Shown: positions 14,401 to 27,034 of the stretch, in pieces
Position numbering within the stretch: the stretch's first letter is position 1
Layout: each line of letters opens with the position of its first letter
Notes under the pieces: generated by a model
Told to the model about the DNA's origin: nothing
Database searches by the model: none
Seen by the model: only the letters and a program-made list of their open reading frames with translations
Translations under genes and position numbers: made by a program
Source of the DNA: Microthyrium microscopicum
Taxonomy: Eukaryota
NCBI GenBank assembly: GCA_010405405.1
Contig: MU004230.1
Coordinates: forward strand, 2,142,627 to 2,206,626
Length of the DNA: 64,000 nt
Direction of reading: 5' to 3'

Positions 14401-17351
14401 GGCACCAAATTCATCAGCTATGATGAGGTTACTGGCTGTTGGACCTTCCAAGTCGAGCATTACACATCTTATGGATTGGACTATGACGAGGACGACAGCG
14501 TGATGACAACCACTGTGCAACATGACTCTGACGAGGCCATGGATCAGGACCCAGAGGATATGACCCCCGAAGTTCATCATACACGAGACGGAGGATATGC
14601 TGTGTCTCCACAGTCCAGCGTCGAAGATACTTTTGACTTCAAGAAAGGCAAAGCCAAACTCGTTCCTGGCCAGTTTGAAGACACTTACTTAGAGGACGAG
14701 GAGTATTATGATGACGACGAAGAAGTCATGGATACTCAGAACGACACTGGCGAGTTTTACGACGATGGTCCAGATGATATGATGACCGGTGACGATACCG
14801 GCTTCCTCCAAAACATGAATGACTTTCAGCAGATCAACAGTATTCAGCATGCTGATGGAACCTTTGACATTCCCGAAGCCGCTACTGGTCCCGTCAAGGA
14901 AATAGAGGCCGTTACAGCACCGGAGCCAACACCCAAAAAGCCATCTTCCATGTTCATAGGCGAAAACTGGGCAGAGCATTTACAAATGACTACCAGCCCA
15001 ATGAAGCGCGTCCGAGAACCAATTCAGGACAGCCCAGAGGATGCTGCTCCCGCCCACCTCACCGAAAACAAACCAAACTTTGGCGAACAAACTGGTTTTG
15101 GCTCTACTATCGACATAATGCGATCTCTGTTTGGTCAGTTTGATGGTCAAGAAAAATCTAACGAGGTTCGTCTATAGTCCATGCCCATTTACGCATATCA
15201 TTATTGTTCTCGGTTTTGGCACTGGGTGCCATAAATTGTATCTAGTAATTAGGAAATCAATGCTAAGTCTTTATATTGTGTAGGCTCCCCTGAAAAATTC
15301 CACGCTCTTCTTTGGCAATACTGCCGAACAGGCCAAGGCATCGAAACGCAGTTCTAACAACTCCTCGACAAAAGGCGCGCTGGTGTCACTCGATTCTGAT
15401 AATAATAAAGATGTCGTTGATAAGGCACGCTATTCCAAATTCGCCTCAAAAGAGCTTGTAAGTCAGAGTACTTAATCGATGCAAGCAAAACTAACAGGTT
15501 TAGCTGACCCCAAAGACCATTGCTACTCAGCAATCATTGACCACCATTGCGGTTTCGGCTGAAGGCTCAGTCCCATACGCGCAAACCGACCCTACTTGCA
15601 CGTTCTCGTCTTTAGCCCACAGTTCCAACTCCGAAACAGTAGCTGGTCAACATGAACAAGAACTCTGGTCCTTGGGCAGCATTCTATTCGACGATGTCAC
15701 TGCAATGCTTCCCCCAGTCTCATCGCTTTCTAGTAAGGAGTTGTTTACCGAACAAATCCGCAAACAGAAACTGATGGATTTCTGGCGCATCATCGTGGAG
15801 CAAGACGTCCAAACTGCTGCAAGTCATGCTCGTTCTTCCGAAGAAAAGGCTGTCATTTACCTCTCTGGTGGTAACATCTTCGATGCTTGCGCTGCTCTTC
15901 TTACCAGTGACAACTTCCATCTCGCTCAATTAGTTGCTCAACTTCCTGGCGACAATACTTTTCGAGAAACTATTGCCAACCAGATTGACACCTGGCGTAA
16001 GCGCAATGATTGGTCCGAGATGACTGATGCTGTACGGACCATCTATGAAATTCTAGCAGGTCACACCATGGAAGTTCGCGGTATCTTTGGCACAGGCTCG
16101 GAAAATAGAGCTTCTTCATTCAAGATCTCAGAGCGCTATCACCTTGACTGGAAACGTGCTTTTGGTCTTCGCCTTTGGTTTGGCACACTTGGCAAGGATA
16201 GCATTGCTGGTGCTGTAAAGCGTTACGCGAATGACCTGCAAAATCTTGAACCAAAGGTTCCTCTTCCATGGTTCATCGTAGCCAATGAAGACAATGGCTG
16301 GCCTGATCCCCATCCCGAGGACCGCGAGGACATTCTCTGGGGTCTGTTGAAGATCTATACCGACCAAGGATCATCTTCAGCCGGCCTAACAAACTGGCAA
16401 ACCGTCGCGAGCCCCGAGAATGTGTCTGGCGACCCTATCGACGCCCGTCTCAGTTTTCAACTCATCAACGCCCTCCAGGCCTCTCCGTCTGTCTCAACAG
16501 ACAACAACTCCACCGTCATGGAAGTCTCCGACTCATACGCCCAAACCTACGCCACAGCCCTCGACTCGCAAATCGCATCTCAACCCGACCTCATCGTTCT
16601 CACCTGCTGGGCCCTCCTCCACCTCTCCGACGAGACTGAGCGAACAACCCAGATCCGCGCCACTCTCGACACTCACGCTGGCCTCATTGACCCTGACTCA
16701 CCCGCCATTCAGACCCTCCTCTCCTCATCGTCCACCGGCCTCTTCATCCCACGCTCATGGCTCTGTGCCGCGCTCGCTAACCACGCCGCCACAGTCTTGC
16801 ACGATCCAGCCCTACAGGCCCGCTGGCTCATTGAAGGAGGCGAGCTATTCGACGCTCACGACGTGTTTTGCCATACTATCGGACCAGACGCCATTATTTC
16901 GCTCGACTATAACAGCATGCGCGAAATCGTCGGCAGTCTCCAAGCAACCGACATCGTCCGTCAGGTCGACTGGGACAAGGGCGCAGGCCTGTACTACGAT
17001 TTCGTGGAACTCGTCGACCTAGGAGGTAGTGCTGGCAATAAGGCGCGCGTCGCTACCCTAGTCCGCAAACTTGCTGGCAGTCTAGAAGCCGTAGCTGCAG
17101 CCATTGGCAAGGAGGGCTCGCGAACAGAGAAGATTGCGGTACGGTTGATGGCAGAGCATGTAGCAGATATCGCGAGACGCGAACGTGTAAGTTGTCCACA
17201 AAACCTATGCAAGAGACAGGAAGCTAACGAGATATTGCAGTGTCTGGAGAGTGAGCGACTGATGAGTTTGCCGTTGACGGAAAGCGGCTATTTGAAGCAG
17301 AGCATGGCGCTGAGTACAGAGTTCTTTGGCGCGCTTATGATGAAGGCGTGA
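11401..17351 (+). CDS. NUP98: Nucleoporin Nup98-Nup96 precursor (Nup145/SonB)
   Basis: Long FG/GLFG repeat region, GLEBS motif (FSTEELRLVDYQQGRK), autoproteolytic domain ending WTFQVEHYTSYGL, and a helical Nup96 domain (LDWKRAFGLRLWF). Introns at about 11603-11674, 15166-15283, 15458-15503 and 17187-17240. Confidence 0.95.
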
Positions 17352-17725
17352 GACTTGCTTTGACGTACCTTCTTAGCAGCGGCATTGCATTGGATGATAG
17401 GCGTACAACAATGAAAAAATTGAAAGGGGGACTTCTATTCGCTGTTTGTAGTTATAACTTTAGGAATAATTAATTTGTATTCGATTGGGTAATGCTTCAG
17501 AGTATATCTTTTCTGCCACCGTGATTGATATGCTTATTGCCATCTTTCTCTGTTACATTATGAAGATTCAGCAACTCATTAAGGACACCTGGGGTTCCTG
17601 TTACTCATTGATTCCTCACCATGGGCTTCCAACCGCATGATGAACGGGTATGAGAATGTCAAATCGGTAGTTTCTAACCAGGTTCACGAGCGTTTCGTTT
17701 TAGCAATTCGATAGAACTAGTTTCA

Positions 17726-18807
17726 TTAAATTGGAGTAGGATAGTACTTCTGCCGAATGGCAAACCTCATCTTGTCCTCTCCAAGACAGCTTACCCCATA
17801 ATCCTTCACCCAGGCGTCCCAGTTCTCCATCAGCAGCTGCCGAATATCGTCTAGATAATGAACCGCACAAACATTCCCATCTGGCAGCGCTCTTGGATTC
17901 GCAAGGTCCCCAAAGTATGTCCCATGAGGAGTTACACCTACTGCTGAATCACCACTTCCATACCCTGAACCATCGCTGTCACCGGAGACATCTTCTGGCT
18001 TTGGCGGCTTTAGCGAAAGTGGTCCAAATCGTAGTTCAGTCTCATCCGTTCCCACAACAACGCAGCAAAGGGCCTTTCCACCATTGCCTCTTCTGGCCTT
18101 CGCATCTGTATGTTCTGGTACGCGTTGTACTCGATCGCCGGCTCGAGGTACCGCAAATATGGACAGTGGGACCAGTCGTGGCAAGGTCGAATCGAGTTCA
18201 AAATACGCTTTGTCTTTGTTGCCGGGAAGCCCAAAGACTTGGGCCAGATCAATCGCAAGCTCGTATAAGCTTCCGAAGCGCTCATAGTTCTCTCCGAACA
18301 CACCCTGTGCCTTGAGGGCTCCTTTAGTGGCTTGCCATTGCCCTCGTGCAAAGTAGACCTGGGTACCACTGTGACAGGCGGCGACTGTCATGTCAACTAC
18401 TGTATAATCAATGAGCCGTGATTCTCTAGGTGCTTACATGATGATCCCACTGCGCGTTTATTGAATCTGATGCAGACTTTCATAGCCATGGCCCAACGTT
18501 CCAGTTCCCTCCAGGCGGATGACACTTCATCCTCCGGTTCACTTTCGGAATCTGTTCCAGTAAGATCTATGACCTCCGGTTGAATTGGATCGGTGATCTC
18601 AGATTCTGTTGGGCTGACATCGGATCCAGTGAGGTCTATGATCTCCGACTCTGTCATGTCATCGTCATCGTCTTCAGTCATGTCGATATCATCGTCTTCA
18701 GTCATGTCGTGGTCATCGTCTTCAGTCATGTCGTGGTCATCGTCTTCAGTCATGTCGACGTCATCGTCTTCAGTCAGGTCTATGATCTCTGGTGCAATTT
18801 GGTCCAT
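17726..18807 (-). CDS. Hypothetical protein with N-terminal acidic repeats and IDLT (SIM-like) motifs
   Basis: A 53-nt GTAAGC...TTGAC...CAG intron (18437-18385) joins the two ORFs in frame (VGSS-F-AACHSG). No family recognised. Confidence 0.7.
18653..18780 (-). repeat. Coding 24-bp tandem repeat, about 5 copies (DMTEDDDx)
   Basis: The + strand unit TCATCGTCTTCAGTCATGTCNNNN is repeated. Confidence 0.9.
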
Positions 18808-19243
18808 GATAATCGGCAGTGAAGAGGAGATTGAGGCTAAGAGATAGATATTTGCAGGATGATATGAGGCGTGATCGCGACAGGGCTAACAATGTGTATA
18901 TCTATATGTCATGTAATTCCCGATGAGGAGTATTGGTGAAGTATCATGATTGGATCAGTAGCTTTGAAATGCTCATAGTCCAAGTACTGGGTTCGAGGGT
19001 ACTCGGGGGAAGGAGCATAGGTTGAATCTGGGAAGCTCTTATAGTCCAGGCCACGAGACGTTGACGACAAGCAATCTGGGACAAGTTCGACGGTGCTAGC
19101 GAGATGGAAGGCACAAACAGTGAATAAAAAGAGTGGTAACCAAAGCGGTGAAGTTATCTGCCGCTGGAGAATATATCATTGCTGCTCTACTCATTACCAA
19201 TCTGCATATTCCACTGCATTGTGGAACAACAGTGAAAATTGCC

Positions 19244-20966
19244 TTAGGAGACTGCAATGACCTGTTGAAGAAGAGCCCCAAGATTTTGATCTCCAGCTTC
19301 ACCGTGCAGAATAGTTTTGGGTATTTGATATTCCACAACTGGTATCTTCTTGAGATCCTTTTCCAACTCAACATCGAGTAGCTGTAGATGGTTAGTTGTC
19401 GCATCGACAAGAGAGATACTCAGTACATACCGAGTTGTAAGAGTGATCTAGGAAATCCTCTAGATTGTATGATTCTTTAGTGAACTGCTCCGAGATGATC
19501 TTGGCCAAGGTAGCAACATTCGGGTGGTAGTGTGATTGCAACGTCTCAAGCTCCCATAGAGAACTTTCCATGGCTTTTGTTTCCATTGGGTCTTGCTCAT
19601 CCATGGAAAAAGGGTCTTCCGCTCCGTAAGTCTCCCATTCCTCGGTTTCTTCGGCGCATCTAGAAACGCGGTGAATCATGAATGTCGTAGCAGGATGCCG
19701 TTTGAACATGTTATATATCCATGGGATAACTACAACAACGCCAGAGGGTGGTGCATACAAAGCCAATCGTGAGAGACGCTTGATGAAACTTGCGACAAGA
19801 TTCGAAGGCAGATGCGTCGAAGTCATGAACGTGTCCAAAAGGCGGAAGAAACGAGATCGGTGTTTGGAATGCAACAATCCATCGTCAAGAAGAGAGTAGA
19901 GCTTTTCAAAGAACGAAGGGTAGTCAAGATTCTTCTCTTGCATGAGATGGAATAGTCCAGCCAGTGCCAGTAACGTGGTTTCGCCGCCCTGATCATAGCA
20001 ATCGGTCAAAAAGTCCATCAGTCTTTCCAATCGATTGAACCAGGGTATTATTTGATGCACAAAGACACGAAGAATGTCTTTTCGTTGTTTCTTATTCAGT
20101 GGTAACCCCAGTATACTTAACCAGGTCTGCTCCACCATCTTCTTTTGTTTTTTCACAGATTGAAGAGTTGACTTGGCAGCCTTTGAGGATGCGCTTAAAA
20201 ACGAATCAAGGTCCTCATCTTCCGTCGGAGGTTCATCCAGGCTTAGTAGAAGCTCGATAACGGGTGATAGGAGCTCATTATTGTTTGAGGCATCGTTCTT
20301 TAATATATCCCTAATGACTTGTTAGACCACGGTCTCAGGTTATCAATGAGTGCCTTACTGAAGAATTTGTAAGGTGTGATATCTCACATCGTCGAATGCC
20401 GTGAAGTATTCTTCAGTGAAAATAGACCTAGCAGGCTCTGAATGCACTCCACCGATGATCAAGTGTCTCACAAGCTGTGAGAACAGTCCAGAGCGCCACC
20501 TAGATTCTCCGACGGCACTGGTTTCCGCTGCAACTAGTCGCATCGCCAGAGGTATGACGGCAGCCTGGCTCATATATGAACCATCCTGGCTGAAAGCGGC
20601 CAGCAGGCAGGAGTTGTATTCTCTTTTTCTACCCTCCAGCCATTCAACGATTGAAATCTCCGACTTGCCCGAGTTCTTTGGCAGTTCGAATGAGCCCGAG
20701 GCGAAGAGACGGCAGAATACTCGGCATAACGCGATTACGGCCTCTGTGGAAGGCTTCGCTTTGGTATTTTTAGGGAAAGCAAGCTCTTGAAGCTTTACAA
20801 TATTGTTATAATGTTTGCGCGATTCGGAGATGGCCTTTTCGAGCTCTGGGATGCTTTCGTGGGGAGGAGATGGGGAGGATTTCGATTTTTTTGGATGCAG
20901 TGGTTCTTCCTGGGGAATAGCCTTTCGTTTCTTTCCATTTACAGCTTTAGGCGCAAAGGGAGGCAT
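19244..20966 (-). CDS. NOC4: Nucleolar complex protein Noc4/Utp19 (CBF/Mak21 domain)
   Basis: Motifs LMDFLTDCY, NLDYPSFFEKLY, STHLPSNLVASFIKRLSRL, SSLWELETLQSHYHPNV and YNLEDFLDHSY. Two introns; stop at 19246-19244. Confidence 0.92.
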
Positions 20967-21152
20967 TTTTGCTGTTTGCAATCTTTGGTGTCGATATTTT
21001 TTGGAAGATGGTAGGGGGACAAGGCAAGTTCCGATGCCAAGACTTGACAGTTCCGAACTTCACCCGCACTGCCGAGAACTTCTCTCAGCATCGCCAAAGC
21101 TCGCAATCATTTGTCCATCAAGCTACTCGAACTGCTCAATCAACCTTACAGA

Positions 21153-22049
21153 ATGGCTTCGCGGCTAGCAAAAAGCGCCTTTGGTATGTTCTGCTGCTAA
21201 TTGACCTTGCCTGGTTTTCATTGAGCTCAAAACTAACTGCACTAGGCGCCGCTCGACTTCGACCTGCAGTTCCTTCATCCGTTTTCCGCGCCGTCTCAAC
21301 CCAGCTTCCAAGCCAGCGATACAATTCCTCGGTACCTACAGAGGAGCCAAAGGCCAAGGCTAAGTCAATCATCGATTCGTTGCCCGGAAACAGCATCGCT
21401 GCAAAGACTGCATACCTCTCGGCGGCCACTGGTATTTCAGCGTACGCTATCGGCAGTGAGCTTTATGTCGTCAACGAAGAATCCATTGTCGCTTTCTCTC
21501 TGTTGACTGTGTTCTACGCTGTTTTCAAATATGGTGGACCGGCATACAACAGCTGGGCCGATTCTCAGCGCGAGAAGATGAGCGCCATTCTGAACCAAGC
21601 TCGGGAAAACCATACCGACTCCGTAAAAGAACGAATCACAAGCGTCAAAGAGCTCAGCAGCGTAGTTGAAATCACCAAGAGCCTCTTCGAGGTGTCCAAG
21701 GTATGCAATGAGTGGTCGCCTGATCTCAATTACAAAGTACTCATTGAAAATAGGAAACTGCTAAGCTTGAAGCTGAAGCATACGAACTGGAGCAAAAGAC
21801 AGCGCTGGCTGCAGAAGCCAAGACTGTTCTCGACTCCTGGGTTCGGTATGAAGGCCAAGTCAAGGCCCGCCAACAGAAGGAGCTCTCGGAATCAGTCATC
21901 GCCAAGATCGATAAAGAGCTTGAAAACCCCAAGGTTCTTAAGCAGATTCTTGATCAAGCAGTGCAGGATGTGGAGAGTAAGTACACAAGATTCCAGGTCG
22001 AATATGTGCCTAATATATCTTAGGAATCGTTGCGCAACAAAAGGCCTGA
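21153..22049 (+). CDS. ATP4: Mitochondrial F1Fo ATP synthase subunit b (subunit 4)
   Basis: MASRLAKSAF presequence; PKAKAKSIIDSLPGNS, ELYVVNEE and LDSWVRYEGQVKARQQKEL motifs; three introns. Confidence 0.95.
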
Positions 22050-22799
22050 GCAATAGCTCCATAGCGCCAATTTTGATCTTATAACCCATGTTTATATAGG
22101 CTCCTGAAAGCGTCGATTAGAAATTCACTTCCTTGCGAACTGACGTGTCTTGTCCTTCTTCACTTTCTTCGAAACCTTTATAACTGGCTTCAAGGTTCAG
22201 GTTTTGACGCAGTGTTGTTCATGTTGATCCTCTCGAGGAATGCCTTGTTCCAACATTTGCTACCCACCTTCTCGCCCTCAAAAAGCGGCCTCAGAGACCC
22301 CAGAAATGTGCCCCAAACACGAGCTGACTATTTTTGATTGCCTGAATCGCAGCTGAGCAATCTATTCCTCAAAATCACATTTTCCTGGCATTGCTGACTT
22401 TTGATGCACAGGGTGCAGATCCCTAATCCCAAAATAAACACAGCGTATGTCTCAGCCACCAACCAGAACAGATCACAAGATGCAACCTCGAGAAACTGCA
22501 CTTGACTGACGTCTTTAAGGTTTTAAGCTGGCCTCTTTCCTCTACTTTTCCCTAAATCTTCCCAGTCACTCCCCTTGCCAGCTTCCGGCCATACTCGAGT
22601 ATGAGGCTGACACTTCCTTGACATGATCCGCCTTGGTATAATCGGCCTCACCGCCCTCACCTACAAAGACTCCAACTACAATCACCTATTTTCGCCTAAT
22701 GTATGAACGCACTATTTAGATATCAGATCTCCTTATCATCTAGCGCTCAAACCTAATACCTCGAATTCCACAGTAAAACCCCGATACAATTTCTCTGCG

Positions 22800-24235
22800 A
22801 TGACTGTGTCGTTTCTTCCCTCGCAATTAGCGACTCTCTCGCAAACACCCCTACCATATACTAGCAATCCAAGGCAGCTATTGTTATCGGATCTACTTCT
22901 GGCGCTCTCAAAAGCAGCATTCATACCCGGGATCATTCTTCCATGGCGCTTTGGATCGGACGCATCACCATGGGATGAGCTTTACCCAAGTCTCGTCAAC
23001 ATCAAGTCAATAATATTGCATATCATTCTCGTCGTGGCGCAAACTGCATTTCTCATATCACTACCGTTTTTCATCGTCTTTCCAGCCTTTTGGGTTGTTG
23101 GATATGTCGCGCTTTTTCTTCTCTTCAATGCGGCTGTCTGCAAGCTTCTAAACGGCAACCAGCTTACTTTGGAACCAAGCGCCAAAGTCATGGAAAAAAT
23201 AAACTCGCGAGGATACCCAAACAATGACCATGAATACTGGATCTTTATGAATGGTGTCGCGGTCGGTAAAGATTGGTTACAGAGCAACATCGACCGGTTG
23301 AGCTTGACGTTTGGACGTAAAGTGCATGGCGTCCACAATCCAACCGACGGAATCATATTTGATCTTATTCAATGCTTGGTGCAGCGAAATTTCACTTACG
23401 CGACCAACGACATCCGCGAGGCATACGTCAGCATCAAAAAGGCATTGTATGAAGAAAACGTCACAAAAGTTGTCTTCATTCTCCATTCCCAAGGCGGTAT
23501 TGAAGGAGCCCAAATCATCGATTGGCTCCTTGATGAAGGTAGCCATTCTCTCCAAGTTCATTCCAATTTTCAATCTGACCCTGTTTAGTTCCTAATGACA
23601 ACATGCGCCGCCTTGAAGTCTACACATTCGGCAACGCAGCAAACCATTTCAACAATCCACAACGCCAATCAGCCGACAAGCCAAACCCACTCGCCAAACA
23701 AACTCCCGTCATACCGCTTCCCCGTACGCGTAAGGCGCTAAAGGCAATTGGTCATATCGAGCACTATGCCAACCATGGCGACTTTGTCTCTGAAATCGGC
23801 GTCCTGAACTACGCAAACGGAAGCACAGCCGTGCGCAACCGCTTCATGGGTCGCCTTTTCGCCAGTGGTCAGGCTGGCCACTTACTGAACCAGCACTATC
23901 TGCATCAAATGTTTCCCCTTGAAAGCGAGTATGGAAAATGCAAGAATAGCAACGAGTTTATGGATGCAGTAGTGGTTGACCGAGATGGTAGCGATGAGGG
24001 CAGGGACGATATTGTGGACAGTGTGGTAGGGAATGGAGAGGTGACGTTTGTTGGCGATGTAGATAGTCCGATTTCGCCGCAGTCGTTTAGCCCGATGGGC
24101 AGTGTGGTGTTGGATAAGAGCGAGACGGCGTTACTGCCGAAGCCAGTGGTTAAGGTGAAGAATTTGTCTCGATTATGGCTTTATCGAAATGGTGGCTCAC
24201 CGCCGGATTATATAAAGAGAGCGGCAACGACTTAG
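22800..24235 (+). CDS. Fungal membrane-anchored alpha/beta-hydrolase-like (lipase-box) protein
   Basis: N-terminal hydrophobic segments; WIFMNGV, ILHSQGG nucleophile elbow, LEVYTFGNAA, HYAN.GDFV and GHLLNQHY. Intron at about 23539-23588. Confidence 0.75.
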
Positions 24236-24607
24236 TGGTAGTTGGAGAAGAAACGCAGTAATTCTTCTCATTGTTTGAGGGATAACGCTTTGCATAGCCT
24301 ATCGAGTTACGACATCTAATAGAGAATATTTTACACAAAAGATGAAGATTCTAAATTCATAGCTTTCCACGTTGCGGGTATCAGCAGCCGCCCCATATCT
24401 TCGAGATCAAATACTTCAATGGTCTCGCTGGGCGACCAAGTAGTTTGACAACTAGTAAATTAGTCAGGATTGTGCCATATTGTTGTCAGACGAGCCAGTG
24501 TTCATATATGCTCTTGAGATGATATCAGCTGCTGAATTGGCATATATATACACACGCAACCAAGCCAGCAACCCCCGAACTATTCTAAACAGCAATGCAA
24601 TTCAACT

Positions 24608-26196
24608 TTATTGACCGGGCGCAACCAATTGTCCTTTCTTACCCGCATCATGATCCCAGCCGCCAGCCAACGGTGTACCTCCATTCTCCTTCGCATAATT
24701 CTCCATCCGCGCCTCAAGTTCTGGCCGGAAATGCCGGATCAAGCCTTGTAACGGCCACGCAAACGCTTCTCCAAGCGCACAAATCGTGTGTCCTTCAACC
24801 TGTTTGGTCAACTCCTGCAGCATATCAATTTCGCGCATGCGGCCCTGGCCCTTCTCGAAACGATCCATGATTTGGTGCGTCCACTTGCTGCCCTCGCGAC
24901 ATGGTGTGCATTGTCCGCACGATTCGTGGTGGTAGAACTTGGCTAGTCGGGCGATGGAGCGTACTACATCGGCTGATTTGTCCATGACGATTACTGCAGC
25001 GGTTCCTAGACCGGACTGTGAGTCCTTTAGGGCGTCAAAGTCCATGAGTTGGTCTCCGCATATCTTGGCTGGTAGGATAGGTGTTGATGAGCCACCAGGG
25101 ATGACGGCGAGCAGGTTGTCCCAACCGCCACGCACGCCACCGCAATGGCGCTCGAGGAGCTCACGCAGTGGGATACTCATCTCCTCCTCGACGGTACATG
25201 GGTTGTTGACGTGGCCGGATATGCAGAAGAGTTTTGTACCAGAGTTGCGCTCGCGACCAAAGCCGGCGAACCAACTACCTCCACGGCGTAAAATAGTCGG
25301 AGCGACGGCAATGGTTTCGACGTTGGCGACGGTGCTGGGGCAACCAAAGAGACCGACAGCAGCAGGGAACGGAGGCTTGAGACGTGGTTTGCCAGGCTTG
25401 CCTTCTAAGCTTTCAATAAGGGAAGTTTCTTCACCGCAGACATAAGCACCCATGCCACGATGGATATAAACGTCAAAGTCGTAGCCTGATCCGCAAGCAT
25501 TCTTGCCGATAAGCCCAGCTTGGTATGCCTCCTGAATAGCCTGTTGAAGTATTGTAGCCTCGTAGTAGAATTCGCCTCGAATATAGATATATGCAGCCGT
25601 AGCGTTCATCGCCCGTCCGGCGACTAAACAGCCTTCAATCAATTTGTGTGGATCTTTGCGCATAATCTCTCGATCTTTGCAGGTGCCAGGCTCGCCCTCA
25701 TCAGCGTTGACAACGAGATACCGTGGCTTAGTGTCCTTGTCCCAGTCTTTAAAGTTCATGAATGACTGTCCCAGCATTAGCACTGCTCACTTCGCCACAC
25801 GCTAAACATAACATACCCATTTCAGACCCGATGGAAAACCAGCTCCTCCACGTCCTCTCAGACCAGAAGCCTTCACCTCCGATATAATCTACACACGTCA
25901 GCACCATTCAACACAATCACTCTCTTATAACGCACCCAATCATGACCCTTCAATATAATCTCCTTCGTCTTATACCAATCACCCACAGCCATAGCAGCCT
26001 TAAGCCCAGGATCCCGCTTGCCATATAAATTCTGAAAAATCCGATCCTCATCCCTCAGCCCGCCATGGCTCTTTGTAGCTGGGGCAGCATCTTGTACAGT
26101 GGCGAATGTCCGTATGCACTGCCGTTTCGAAAGTGTGGACGCAACGCCCGAGGCAACGCTGGCAAAAGTCTTTGTGGATGCGCGTGAGGACAGCAT
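24608..26196 (-). CDS. NDUFV1: NADH:ubiquinone oxidoreductase 51 kDa flavoprotein subunit
   Basis: [44 protein letters not shown] and [12 protein letters not shown]...C (4Fe-4S N3) motifs; mitochondrial presequence; two introns. Confidence 0.97.
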
Positions 26197-27034
26197 TTTT
26201 GTACGTATGGTGCCAATTGGCCGCCCGGAGGGCTTCAGTAGGCGGATTGAGCGGTGGGTGGGCAGATTGTGCTGTTGGTAGGTTCACGGATAATGATGGT
26301 TATGATATTGGACGTTGGGGGAGCTTTGTCCAACCAGATGGCGTTGAACGGTAATGAGGCGATAAGGCAGCAAGGCTTGGATTCTGGGATCATCATCGAT
26401 TTTGTTGCAGGCACGTGATCTCAGATGTCTCAATGTTTACAAAATTGAGAGCAAACAGATTTTGTATTTATTTATTCGAAACGATGTTATATTGAAAGAA
26501 TTTATGCAGCAGAAAGCTTGAGGAGCTTTTGCTTCACATAAGGTTGTGCGGTGAATCAGTGACTGCATCATTCAAAGTCAAGACCACAGAAACGATATAA
26601 AATCAAGCATGCATTCATCAAGTTTTTGCCGTCTAAAGCCTAATGGAGTCAAGGTATCAACCGCTATGAGTCGTACAGAGTTCGTAAAAGAACGCAAAAG
26701 CATACCCAGTCTATCGCTATCATACAAACAATTCTTTTTCCAAGACACCATGGTGTCCTATTCCAATGCTGTAACAAACAAAATGCTCGCAATAGACCGC
26801 CACGAGAACAAGAGACTGAGGTAATGAGGCCGTAGTGTTGATAATAACGAGCTCGGCCTTGTCCAATGTAGTTGTTCCAAACAGTCTTCAGTGTTGCCGC
26901 TTGCTGATGAGTTGGTTGTTGCTGCAGTGTGTACTTGTGCCGCTTTCGTACTCTAGGATCCATGTCAATGACTTCGAAACCTAGAAAATAGGACAAGCTA
27001 TCGACCGAGTACTCCAAGCGAAATGAGCGACAGA

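Noticed and set aside
18653..18780. Regular repeats superficially like a CRISPR array
   Set aside because: Eukaryotic context, no unique spacers; it is a coding 24-bp tandem repeat.
20969..22084. 371-aa ORF overlapping ATP4
   Set aside because: Read-through of promoter and introns from a non-ATG start; the spliced 21153-22049 model fits ATP4.
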